A DNA stretch of 11,277 bases from Deltaproteobacteria bacterium. Lineage in GTDB: Bacteria; Myxococcota_A; Polyangia; Polyangiales; Houyiibacteriaceae. The position numbers and the translations under genes are program-made. Below are positions 1-6,610 of this stretch, piece by piece; the first letter of the stretch is position 1; each line of letters begins with the position of its first letter. The notes under the pieces were generated by a model. That model was not told the origin of the DNA and searched no databases. It was given only the letters and a program-made list of their open reading frames with translations. Location: the NCBI GenBank assembly GCA_034670305.1, contig JAXMNT010000096.1:1-11277 (forward strand), read 5' to 3'.

Positions 1-120
1 TCTTCTTGGTGGCCTTCTTCTTGGTGGCCTTCTTCTTGGTGGCCTTCTTCTTGGTGGCCTTCTTCTTGGTGGCCTTCTTCTTGGTGGCCTTCTTCTTGGT
101 GGCCTTCTTCTTGGTGGCCT
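1..120. repeat. Perfect 15-bp tandem repeat (TCTTCTTGGTGGCCT)x8, with degenerate copies continuing to about 265
   Basis: Eight identical units at 1-120, encoding ATKKK repeats on the minus strand. Confidence 0.95.
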
Positions 121-271
121 TCTTCTTCTTGGTGGCCTTCTTGGTCACCTTCTTTTTCGCCGCCTTCTTCTTGGCCGGCTTCTTCTTCTTCACTGCCTTC
201 TTGGTGGCCTTCTTTTTCGCAGGCTTCTTCTTGGCAGGCTTCTTCTTGGTCGTTTTCTTCTTGGTAGCCAT
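1..271 (-). CDS. Lys/Ala/Thr-rich histone H1-like (Hc2/AlgP-like) DNA-binding protein, 3' end beyond window
   Basis: ATG at 271 (minus) with SD GGAGGAGG at 285-278. Translation is MATKKKTTKKKPAKKKPAKKKATKKAVKKKKPAKKKAAKKKVTKKATKKKK(ATKKK)n, open to the window edge. It is absent from the ORF track because there is no stop codon in the window. Confidence 0.85.
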   Translation of the reverse strand, partial: MATKKKTTKKKPAKKKPAKKKATKKAVKKKKPAKKKAAKKKVTKKATKKKKATKKKATKKKATKKKATKKKATKKKATKKKATKKKATKK

Positions 272-308
272 CAGCGACCTCCTCCAATAGGGTGTCAGAA
301 CCCGGGGT

Positions 309-338
309 ACCGTATTGTCACGTCACGTCACGTGTCAA
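309..338 (-). promoter_or_regulatory. sigma70/sigmaA-type promoter for the H1-like gene
   Basis: Minus strand TTGACA (338-333), 18-nt spacer, TACGGT (314-309), with an AT-rich upstream tract at about 345-440. Confidence 0.7.
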
Positions 339-537
339 GCACAAGAGAACATAATTTATACCTAACTTTGCCATATTTGAGCGAACTCTACACATAGTTT
401 CGCATAACTAGACGAAATCATTGTGTTAAAACGTATGGCAACCGATACCCTCGAAACCGTTGAGGAACCTGGGATGGCATGGTCTTGGTCCAGTCGGCCC
501 GATCCCAACGTCGTGCGCCCGGCCTCCCAGCGATGGG

Positions 538-566
538 TTGCGACCTCCGCGAGGCTTCCGTATGGT
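538..566 (+). promoter_or_regulatory. sigma70-type promoter for the OmpA/MotB-like gene
   Basis: TTGCGA (538-543), 17-nt spacer, TATGGT (561-566). Predicted start near 573. Confidence 0.6.
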
Positions 567-622
567 CCGCGCCGCGGTCTTCGGATCGTGGGGCACCGGA
601 CATCCCGGTGGGGAGGAAGATC

Positions 623-1423
623 ATGTTGAGAGCGCTCGTCACTTCTCTGATCGTCGGCCTGATGGCCTGTGGTCCGAGCCAGGCCGATCTCGATGCCGCC
701 AATGCGCGGGCATCAGACCTCGAGGGACAGCTCGAGACCGCCCGGACCGAGAACTCTGGGCTCACCGACCGGGTGTCCACCCTCGAAGGGCACAACGCCG
801 AGTTGGCCAACCGCCTGCGGGCGTTGGGCGAAAACGTCGAGGAACTCGAGGGACAGCGCTCGAACCTTCAGTCGTCTCTCCAGGAGACCCAGCGGGCCCT
901 CGAGCAGCTCCGCGAGAGAGAGCGCCAGGCCCAGGCCCGACTGGCCACCTTCCGCGCCCTGATCGCGCGCTTTCGTTCCATGATCGAGAGCGGCAGGCTC
1001 CGGGTCCGCATCGTGCGCAACCGAATGGTCGTCGAGCTGCCCGAGGGCATCTTGTTCGACTCGGGTCGGGCCACACTGAAAGAAGAGGGCGAAGCCACCC
1101 TCTCCGAGATCGCTGGCGTGCTCCGTGAGATCCCGGACCGCCAGTTCCAAATCGCGGGTCACACGGACAACGTGCCCCTGGGACGCCGCTCTCGGTTCAA
1201 CAGCAACTGGGAGCTGAGCTCGCAGCGTGCGGTCGGGGTCGCCCGGTTCCTCCTGGAACAGCAGCTGCCCGCCAACCGCATCTCGGCCGCCGGCTACGCC
1301 GACACCCAGCCGGTCGCTTCGAACGAGACCCCCGAGGGGCGTGCCCAGAACCGTCGGATCGAGATCGTGCTCGTGCCCAACCTGGACGAACTGCCCGACC
1401 TCTCCTCGCTGGCCGAAGAGTAA
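623..1423 (+). CDS. OmpA/MotB-family peptidoglycan-binding lipoprotein with long coiled coil (266 aa)
   Basis: SD GGAGG at 612-616 and ATG at 623. Lipoprotein signal MLRALVTSLIVGLMA-C, then a heptad coiled coil, then OmpA_C-like motifs ILFDSG, IAGHTDNVP, NWELSSQRA, AAGYADTQP and NRRIEI. Confidence 0.9.
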   Translation: MLRALVTSLIVGLMACGPSQADLDAANARASDLEGQLETARTENSGLTDRVSTLEGHNAELANRLRALGENVEELEGQRSNLQSSLQETQRALEQLRERERQAQARLATFRALIARFRSMIESGRLRVRIVRNRMVVELPEGILFDSGRATLKEEGEATLSEIAGVLREIPDRQFQIAGHTDNVPLGRRSRFNSNWELSSQRAVGVARFLLEQQLPANRISAAGYADTQPVASNETPEGRAQNRRIEIVLVPNLDELPDLSSLAEE

Positions 1424-1445
1424 TTCGACCGGAAGCCCGTGTCCG

Positions 1446-1474
1446 AGCGCGGTCCCTCCAGGGCCGCGCTTTGT
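1446..1474 (+). terminator. Probable intrinsic terminator after the OmpA/MotB gene
   Basis: Stem AGCGCGGTCC (1446-1455) / GGGCCGCGCT (1461-1470), loop CTCCA, followed by a short TTGT tail. Confidence 0.5.
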
Positions 1475-1529
1475 CATGGATGGAGCGGTCTCGGGGAACT
1501 CCACCGAGTGCCCTGTCCGCCATCACGCG

Positions 1530-1558
1530 TTGACCCAGGGCCCGTTTTCCACTAGTGT
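1530..1558 (+). promoter_or_regulatory. sigma70-type promoter for cdnL
   Basis: TTGACC (1530-1535), 17-nt spacer, TAGTGT (1553-1558). The predicted start near 1565 coincides with the first base of a hairpin. Confidence 0.7.
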
Positions 1559-1564
1559 TCGTTC

Positions 1565-1791
1565 GCCCGGACCGGCGAAGAGCCGGAACCTGGGTGTTCT
1601 CGAAGAGGTCTTCTTCGAGAGACGGCGCCGCGGCCCCCTCACCCCCAATGGGACTGAAGGGTGGCCGCATCGGAATGTTTCGAGGCGCCACGCGTTTATC
1701 TCGTATTCCCCATTCTCCACGGTCGGACCAGAGTCCTCAGTGCAGCGCGCGCAACCAGTGGAGAATGCCAGGCTCGAATAAAGGAGTCGCA
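1565..1791 (+). ncRNA. Highly structured ~225-nt 5' leader (candidate cis-regulatory RNA) of cdnL
   Basis: Consecutive stems: 1565-1595; TCTCGAAGA 1598-1606 / TCTTCGAGA 1612-1620; a multibranch closed by GGCGCC 1624-1629 / 1684-1689; a multibranch closed by CATTCTCCAC 1711-1720 / GTGGAGAATG 1758-1767. Confidence 0.45.
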
Positions 1792-2292
1792 ATGCAGGCG
1801 GAGCACCAGTTCAAGGTCGGCGACAAAGCCGTCTATCCGGCTCAAGGAGTCGCAGAGATCGTGTCCATCGAGGAGAAGGACATCGCGGGCAACCGCCAGA
1901 AGTTCTACGTTCTCAAGATCCTCGACACCGATCGCAAGATCATGGTGCCCATCAAGAACGCCCAGAACGTTGGCCTTCGGCCTCCGATCTCGGAAGAGGA
2001 CATCCGCGAGATCTTCATGATCCTCAAGGAACGGACCATCGCGTTCGACAACCAGACCTGGAACCGCCGCTACCGCGGGTTCATGGACAAGATCAAGACC
2101 GGCTCCGTCTTCGACGTGGCCGAGGTGATGCGTGACCTCTACCGTCTCAAGGCGGAGAAGTCCCTGTCCTTCGGCGAGCGCAAGATGCTCGAAACCGCCC
2201 GCAACCTGATCGTCAAAGAGATCGCCGTTGCACGTTCGAAGAGCGAAGAGAAGGTCCTCACCGAGATCGAGAAGATCTTCGACGCCAACTGA
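1792..2292 (+). CDS. cdnL: CarD/CdnL-family RNA polymerase-binding transcription factor (166 aa)
   Basis: SD AAGGAG at 1781-1786 and ATG at 1792. FKVGDKAVYPAQGV N-terminal Tudor-like RNAP-interacting domain, the conserved WNRRYR Trp motif, and KIKTGSVFDVAEVMRDL...LSFGERKML. There is no C-terminal HMGA/H1 domain, so it is CdnL-type rather than myxobacterial CarD. Confidence 0.93.
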   Translation: MQAEHQFKVGDKAVYPAQGVAEIVSIEEKDIAGNRQKFYVLKILDTDRKIMVPIKNAQNVGLRPPISEEDIREIFMILKERTIAFDNQTWNRRYRGFMDKIKTGSVFDVAEVMRDLYRLKAEKSLSFGERKMLETARNLIVKEIAVARSKSEEKVLTEIEKIFDAN

Positions 2293-2394
2293 GCGTCGCG
2301 CCGGAGATGAGACCCACGCGGCCTTCTGGGTCGCACGGGCAGGTTCGTTACAGCCCGCAGGGATGCTCGCCGGCGACCACCGGAGGCAGCGCAG

Positions 2395-3930
2395 ATGGCG
2401 CACAGTGGATTGCTGATCAACGTCGGTGTCGGGGAAACCCGCGTCGCGTTGATTCATGATGGTTTGCTCGGGGAGCTCTATGTCGAGCGCAACCGAGATC
2501 GTTCGCCCGTAGGCAATGTCTACGTCGGCAAAGTCAGCCGCGTGCTTCCAGGCATGCAGGCCGCGTTCATTGATGTGGGACTCGACCGAGCCGCATTTCT
2601 GCACGTCGAGGACCTGCATCACCCGGATCCCGGCGAGGACGACGACAAAGACAAAGGCAACGGGAAGAAGAACGGCGCGAGGCGCTCACGTGCGTCGCGC
2701 TCGACCCCGATTCGCGACCTCTTGACCGAGGGTCAAGAGGTGGTCGTTCAGGTCTCGAAAGGGCCGATCAGCACCAAGGGCGCCCGCGTCACGGCACACA
2801 TCGCGTTGCCGGGCCGCTACGTCGTGTACATGCCGACGGTGGAACACGTCGGCGTGTCCAAGCGGATCGGCAAGGACAAGGAGCGTCGCCGACTCAAAGA
2901 GGTGATCGAGTCGATGAAGCCCGAAAAGGGCGGCGTCGTGGTCCGCACCCTCGCCCAGGGGCTGACCAAGAAGAAGCTCAAGGCCGACGTCGGCTACCTG
3001 GTCAAACTCTGGAGCGATTGCGAAGAGAAGCTCGACGCGAACAAGAAGAGTCGGAAGAAGCGCAAAGCGCCCTACCTCGTACACGAGGAGCCCGACGTGG
3101 TGCTGCGCGCCGCCCGCGACATGTTCACCGAAGACGTCGACGAGATCGTCATCGACGATCCGATCCAGTTCGAGAAGATTCGCGCGTTCCTCCAAGAGTT
3201 CCTTCCCGAGCGGGCCCAGGACGCCAAACTCTACGAAGGCGCCGAGCCGCTCTTCGACGAGTTCGGCATCGAAGACGAGATCGCTCGGTCGCTGTCCCGA
3301 AAGGTCCCCCTGCCGAGTGGCGGGTACCTCATCATCGACCAGGCCGAGGCACTCACCGCGGTCGACGTCAACACCGGTCGGTTCACGGGCAAGGGCAAGG
3401 ACGTCGAGCAGACGATCCTCCAAACCAACCTCGAGGCCGCGGTCGAGATCTGTTACCAGCTCCGGTTCCGCAACATCGGCGGACTCATCGTGCTCGACTT
3501 CATCGACATGGAGAAGGCCGCGAACCGGGACAAGGTCTACAAGTCGCTCCAGAAGGAGCTGCGCAAAGACAAAGCCCGAACCACCGCCGTACGCATCAGC
3601 GAACTCGGCCTGGTGGAGATGACGCGCAAGCGCACCCACGAGTCCCTCGGGCGCATGCTCTACGAGCCGTGTTTCTACTGCGATGGCACCGGCCACCTGA
3701 AGTCGAAGACCACGGTCTGCCACGAGATCTTCCGCCAGATGCGCCGTGAGAAAGACGCGCTGCCCGGCTACAAGATCACGATCACCGCGCACCCCGCGGT
3801 GTGCGACGCACTCGAGCGCGAAGAGAAAACCGCGCTGGCCGAAGCAGCCAAACGCATCCAGCGACGCATCGAGCTGCAGCCGCGCAGCGACTACCACCTC
3901 GAACAGTTCGACCTGACCGCAGGATCGTAG
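2395..3930 (+). CDS. rng: Rne/Rng family ribonuclease (RNase G-sized, 511 aa)
   Basis: SD GGAGG at 2382-2386. Motifs ETRVALI, GNVYVGKVSRVLPGMQAAFIDVG (S1), VQVSKGPISTKGARVT, LTAVDVNTG, LRFRNIGGLIVLDFIDM, GLVEMTRKR and the Zn-link CFYCDGTG. It lacks the long RNase E scaffold tail. Confidence 0.92.
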   Translation: MAHSGLLINVGVGETRVALIHDGLLGELYVERNRDRSPVGNVYVGKVSRVLPGMQAAFIDVGLDRAAFLHVEDLHHPDPGEDDDKDKGNGKKNGARRSRASRSTPIRDLLTEGQEVVVQVSKGPISTKGARVTAHIALPGRYVVYMPTVEHVGVSKRIGKDKERRRLKEVIESMKPEKGGVVVRTLAQGLTKKKLKADVGYLVKLWSDCEEKLDANKKSRKKRKAPYLVHEEPDVVLRAARDMFTEDVDEIVIDDPIQFEKIRAFLQEFLPERAQDAKLYEGAEPLFDEFGIEDEIARSLSRKVPLPSGGYLIIDQAEALTAVDVNTGRFTGKGKDVEQTILQTNLEAAVEICYQLRFRNIGGLIVLDFIDMEKAANRDKVYKSLQKELRKDKARTTAVRISELGLVEMTRKRTHESLGRMLYEPCFYCDGTGHLKSKTTVCHEIFRQMRREKDALPGYKITITAHPAVCDALEREEKTALAEAAKRIQRRIELQPRSDYHLEQFDLTAGS

Positions 3931-4005
3931 GCGGATGCGCGAGGGACGCGCGAAGTGGGTCGGACGTAGTACAATGACCTCGCGCGATTTGGAGCGCGGG
4001 CAGCC

Positions 4006-4347
4006 ATGACCGACGAAGAAGACGACGACGACCGCCGCGACCAGGACCGGCTCACGATCAACAAGGAGTTCGAGTCCTTCGACGCGTTCATCCACGAGTA
4101 CGTGACCAACATCTCGCGCACCGGTGCCTTCGTGAAGTCGAAGCAGCCCTTGCCCATCGGTACGCGGGTGGACCTGTGCTTCACCGTGATCATGGACGAG
4201 ATCGAGACCATCGAAGGCGTGGGCGAAGTCGTTCGGGTCCAAAAGGACCCCCCCGGCATGGGTGTCGTCTTCACCGAGCTGAGCCAGTACTCCAAACATC
4301 TGATCGCGCGGCTTCTGACCGCGCCGAAAACCAAGACGTCCGAATAG
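4006..4347 (+). CDS. Stand-alone PilZ-domain protein (myxobacterial TIGR02266-like)
   Basis: RxxxR (RDQDR) and NxSxxG (NISRTG) motifs, then GAFVKS..PLPIGT, GEVVRV and PGMGVVF. GGAG upstream. Confidence 0.85.
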   Translation: MTDEEDDDDRRDQDRLTINKEFESFDAFIHEYVTNISRTGAFVKSKQPLPIGTRVDLCFTVIMDEIETIEGVGEVVRVQKDPPGMGVVFTELSQYSKHLIARLLTAPKTKTSE

Positions 4348-4680
4348 ATGCCCCCCGACTCGCGGAACTCCCCTCGCCACATGAGCGACGAGGAGCTCGA
4401 ACAAGAACTCAAGCGCCGTCGCCGGAAACGCGCGAATCCGAGAGACCGGAACCTGCCCCACCCCGAGACGGTGATGAAGTGGTACGGCAGCCTCGAACTC
4501 GAGCCGGGGGCCAGCCTCGAAGTGATCGAGATCGCCTACGACCGGCTCTCCAAGAAATACCACCCGGACAAACACAAGGACGACCCGGCCAAACATCGGG
4601 TGGCGACCGAGCTGTCCGACTCGCTGCGGCACGCCTACAACCAGCTCGTAAGCCACATCCGCCGGCGCCGAAAGCCCTGA
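4348..4680 (+). CDS. Small J-domain (DnaJ-like) protein; alternative start at 4381
   Basis: YGSLELEPGASLEVIEIAYDRLSKKYHPDK with the HPD motif. The ATG directly follows the PilZ stop (TAGATG). Confidence 0.85.
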   Translation: MPPDSRNSPRHMSDEELEQELKRRRRKRANPRDRNLPHPETVMKWYGSLELEPGASLEVIEIAYDRLSKKYHPDKHKDDPAKHRVATELSDSLRHAYNQLVSHIRRRRKP

Positions 4681-4690
4681 CGCAGCCCTG

Positions 4691-4719
4691 TTGCTGCTTT
4701 CGAGCGACGGTGCTAAGTC
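4691..4719 (+). promoter_or_regulatory. Possible sigma70-type promoter for the small basic protein operon
   Basis: TTGCTG (4691-4696), 17-nt spacer, TAAGTC (4714-4719), with TG at 4711-4712 (extended -10). The -7 T is missing. Confidence 0.3.
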
Positions 4720-4759
4720 GGTCGGCCCACGGGTGAACCCCGGGATGATGGAGACGATG

Positions 4760-5089
4760 ATGAGCAAGCTGGACGAGTTCCTTTCCAAGTCGAAGATCGA
4801 TCCGCGCCGCCTACTTGCGGCCTCGAAGAAGGTCGAAGCGCTCCGCGATGAAGACCGCTCGATCAAGTTGGCCAAGAAGCGCGCGAAGGCGGGCAAGGCA
4901 TCGGACGCCGAGAAAGAGCGCGCGACCGAAAAGGGCCGCAGCGGCAAAGCCGTGACCCCGCCCATGCTTCGCAAGGCGCGCGAAGGCGCCAAGCTCACGG
5001 GCCCCGGCAAGCAGCGCATCCTGCGTGCGGTGAACCACGTCCTGACGACCAAGAAGTCGGACCCGGTCACGCTCGCCGACTTGTTCTAG
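4760..5089 (+). CDS. Small very basic hypothetical protein (~109 aa), possible nucleic-acid-binding protein
   Basis: GGAGA at 4750-4754 precedes ATGs at 4757 and 4760 (others at 4745 and 4748). GC3-biased codons and a K/R-rich helical sequence MSKLDEFLSKSKIDPRRLL...KQRILRAVNHVLTTKKSDPVTLADLF. Confidence 0.8.
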   Translation: MSKLDEFLSKSKIDPRRLLAASKKVEALRDEDRSIKLAKKRAKAGKASDAEKERATEKGRSGKAVTPPMLRKAREGAKLTGPGKQRILRAVNHVLTTKKSDPVTLADLF

Positions 5090-5097
5090 GACCTCCG

Positions 5098-5388
5098 ATG
5101 TCTCGCCTTCTCGACGACGCCGCGATCGACGCGTTCGTCCGCGATGCCTCGGGTTGGTCGCGAGAAGGCGATGTGCTGATCCGCACGTTCGAAGCGACGT
5201 CCGCCCGGGAAGCGCTTCGGCTGATCGCACGCATCGGGGACTTGGCGGAGGGTGCGAACCATCACCCGGACCTCACGTGGGTCTACAACCGGCTGACGAT
5301 CCGGTTGAGCACGCACGACGCCGGCGGCATCACCCGCCGCGACACCCGACTCGCCGCCTGCATCGACGACGTGCTGGACGACGCGTGA
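5098..5388 (+). CDS. phhB: Pterin-4-alpha-carbinolamine dehydratase (PCD/DCoH family)
   Basis: 96 aa with GW...LIRTF, AEGANHHPDL, and YNRLTIRLSTHDAGGIT..D..LA..ID. SD AGGA at 5088-5091. Confidence 0.92.
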   Translation: MSRLLDDAAIDAFVRDASGWSREGDVLIRTFEATSAREALRLIARIGDLAEGANHHPDLTWVYNRLTIRLSTHDAGGITRRDTRLAACIDDVLDDA

Positions 5389-6428
5389 CCGAGCCACGGG
5401 TGACGCATGACCGTGTTGCGGTCGTCGTCAACGGCAACGCCAAGCAGGTCACCGACGACCTGGTCGAGATGCTCGATCAGATCGTCCAGAGCGGCGACCT
5501 CTTCGTCTCACGGAGCCTCTCGGAAGGCCGAGACATCGCCCGTCGGATCGTCGTGCGCGGCTACCCCACGGTGTTGACGGGCGGCGGGGACGGCACCTTC
5601 ACCCAGATGGTCACGTGGATCGCCCACGAAGCCGACACCCGCGGCAAACCCCGCCCACGTTTTGGGCTGCTTAAGCTTGGCACCGGCAACGCGTTGGCGT
5701 GGGTCCTCGGCGCGCAGAAAGGCGTCGTCGCAGATCTTGGCCGGCTTCGTCGAGAAGGCGGAAGCCGTTCGCTGCGGTTGCTCGAGGTCGAAGGCATGCT
5801 CGCCCCGTTCGCGGGCTTCGGCGTCGACGCCCTGGCCTTGAAACACTTCAACGAGGTGAAAGCGGCGTTCCGAAAGTTGCCGGTCCTCAAGAAGCACGGC
5901 ATGGGCGGTTTGGCATACGCCGTCAGCATCGTCGGCATGACGCTTCCGCAGGTCCTGGTCGCGCCCCACCACCGGGTGCGGATCCGAAACCTCGGGGCGC
6001 CCGCGTCCCGGCTCGGGATCGATGGACAGCCGGTCGGCCCGCCGACCCCGGCCGGCGAGCTCCTCTACGACGGCCCCTCGCGGGGCGTCTGGATGTCCAC
6101 CATTCCGTACTGGGGGTTCGGGGCGCGGATCTTCCCGTTCGCCGAGGACCAAGTCGATCGTTTCAACCTGCGGGTCATCGATCTCGGCAGCGTCGATGTG
6201 GCCTTGAACATTCGCGAGATCTGGAAGGGCACCTACCGGGACGCCCGCTTGTTGCACGACTTCCTCATCGAGCGCTGCTCCATCGAGTACGACGAACCGA
6301 TGGCCTTTGAGATCGGCGGCGACGCGCAGGGCATGAGGGAACGGGTGGAGGTGTCCCTCTCCGAGCAGCCGATCGAAGTGGTGGACTACTACGCACCACC
6401 CCCGATCGGGGATGACGAAGGCGCCTGA
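5385..6428 (+). CDS. Diacylglycerol kinase-family (YegS/DagK-like) lipid kinase (~347 aa)
   Basis: VAVVVNGNA, GGGDGT, LKLGTGNALA, FAGFGVDA, PYWGFG and FEIGGD motifs. The GTG start overlaps the phhB stop (GTGA at 5385-5388). Confidence 0.88.
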   Translation: MTEPRVTHDRVAVVVNGNAKQVTDDLVEMLDQIVQSGDLFVSRSLSEGRDIARRIVVRGYPTVLTGGGDGTFTQMVTWIAHEADTRGKPRPRFGLLKLGTGNALAWVLGAQKGVVADLGRLRREGGSRSLRLLEVEGMLAPFAGFGVDALALKHFNEVKAAFRKLPVLKKHGMGGLAYAVSIVGMTLPQVLVAPHHRVRIRNLGAPASRLGIDGQPVGPPTPAGELLYDGPSRGVWMSTIPYWGFGARIFPFAEDQVDRFNLRVIDLGSVDVALNIREIWKGTYRDARLLHDFLIERCSIEYDEPMAFEIGGDAQGMRERVEVSLSEQPIEVVDYYAPPPIGDDEGA

Positions 6429-6533
6429 CGGTTGCTGCACACTCTCGGCGCGCGACGCACGCCCTTCCGCCATCCCCGCCACGATGTGCCATGAGCGCCG
6501 TCCGGGCATCGCCCGTCGACAACGCAACACTGC

Positions 6534-6562
6534 TAGACGCGAGAATGCGCCATCGGTACCAT
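6534..6562 (+). promoter_or_regulatory. sigma70-type promoter for the 6611/7334 gene pair
   Basis: TAGACG (6534-6539), 17-nt spacer, TACCAT (6557-6562). SD AAGGA at 6601-6605 lies downstream. Confidence 0.45.
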
Positions 6563-6610
6563 CCCGCGACGTGATTTCCGCGAGGATCTCCGTCTCGAAG
6601 AAGGAACTGA

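Noticed and set aside
1..135. Repeat array as a possible CRISPR
   Set aside because: The units are head-to-tail 15-mers with no spacers, lie in a coding frame, and no cas genes are present.
6..290. Plus-strand ORF of VAFFL repeats that looks like a membrane protein
   Set aside because: It is the antisense shadow of the Lys-rich gene. The SD, ATG and promoter are all on the minus strand.
479..622. 48-aa N-terminal extension of the OmpA/MotB ORF
   Set aside because: The predicted promoter (538-566), the SD and the lipoprotein signal all point to ATG 623.
623..1423. Calling the gene flagellar motB
   Set aside because: It has no motA neighbour or MotB TM Asp motif, and has a lipobox plus coiled coil instead.
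1555..1791. In-frame 79-aa N-terminal extension of CdnL
   Set aside because: Family similarity begins at about ATG 1792, which has a strong SD. The extension is not protein-like, and open frames are common at high GC. A minor upstream start (1648, 1675 or 1765) cannot be fully excluded.
3970..3975. TACAAT as an internal promoter for the PilZ gene
   Set aside because: It is a good -10 hexamer but has no -35 or extended -10 support, so it is insufficient to call.
2686..5070. Long minus-strand ORFs (also 713-1504, 1696-2622, 5508-6824, 7043-8971, 9289-11133)
   Set aside because: They are antisense shadows of well-supported plus-strand genes, expected from GC3 codon bias, and show no recognisable motifs.
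5154..5384. Upstream extension of the lipid kinase ORF
   Set aside because: It overlaps phhB in another frame. The GTGA stop/start overlap at 5385 fits the DAGK domain start.
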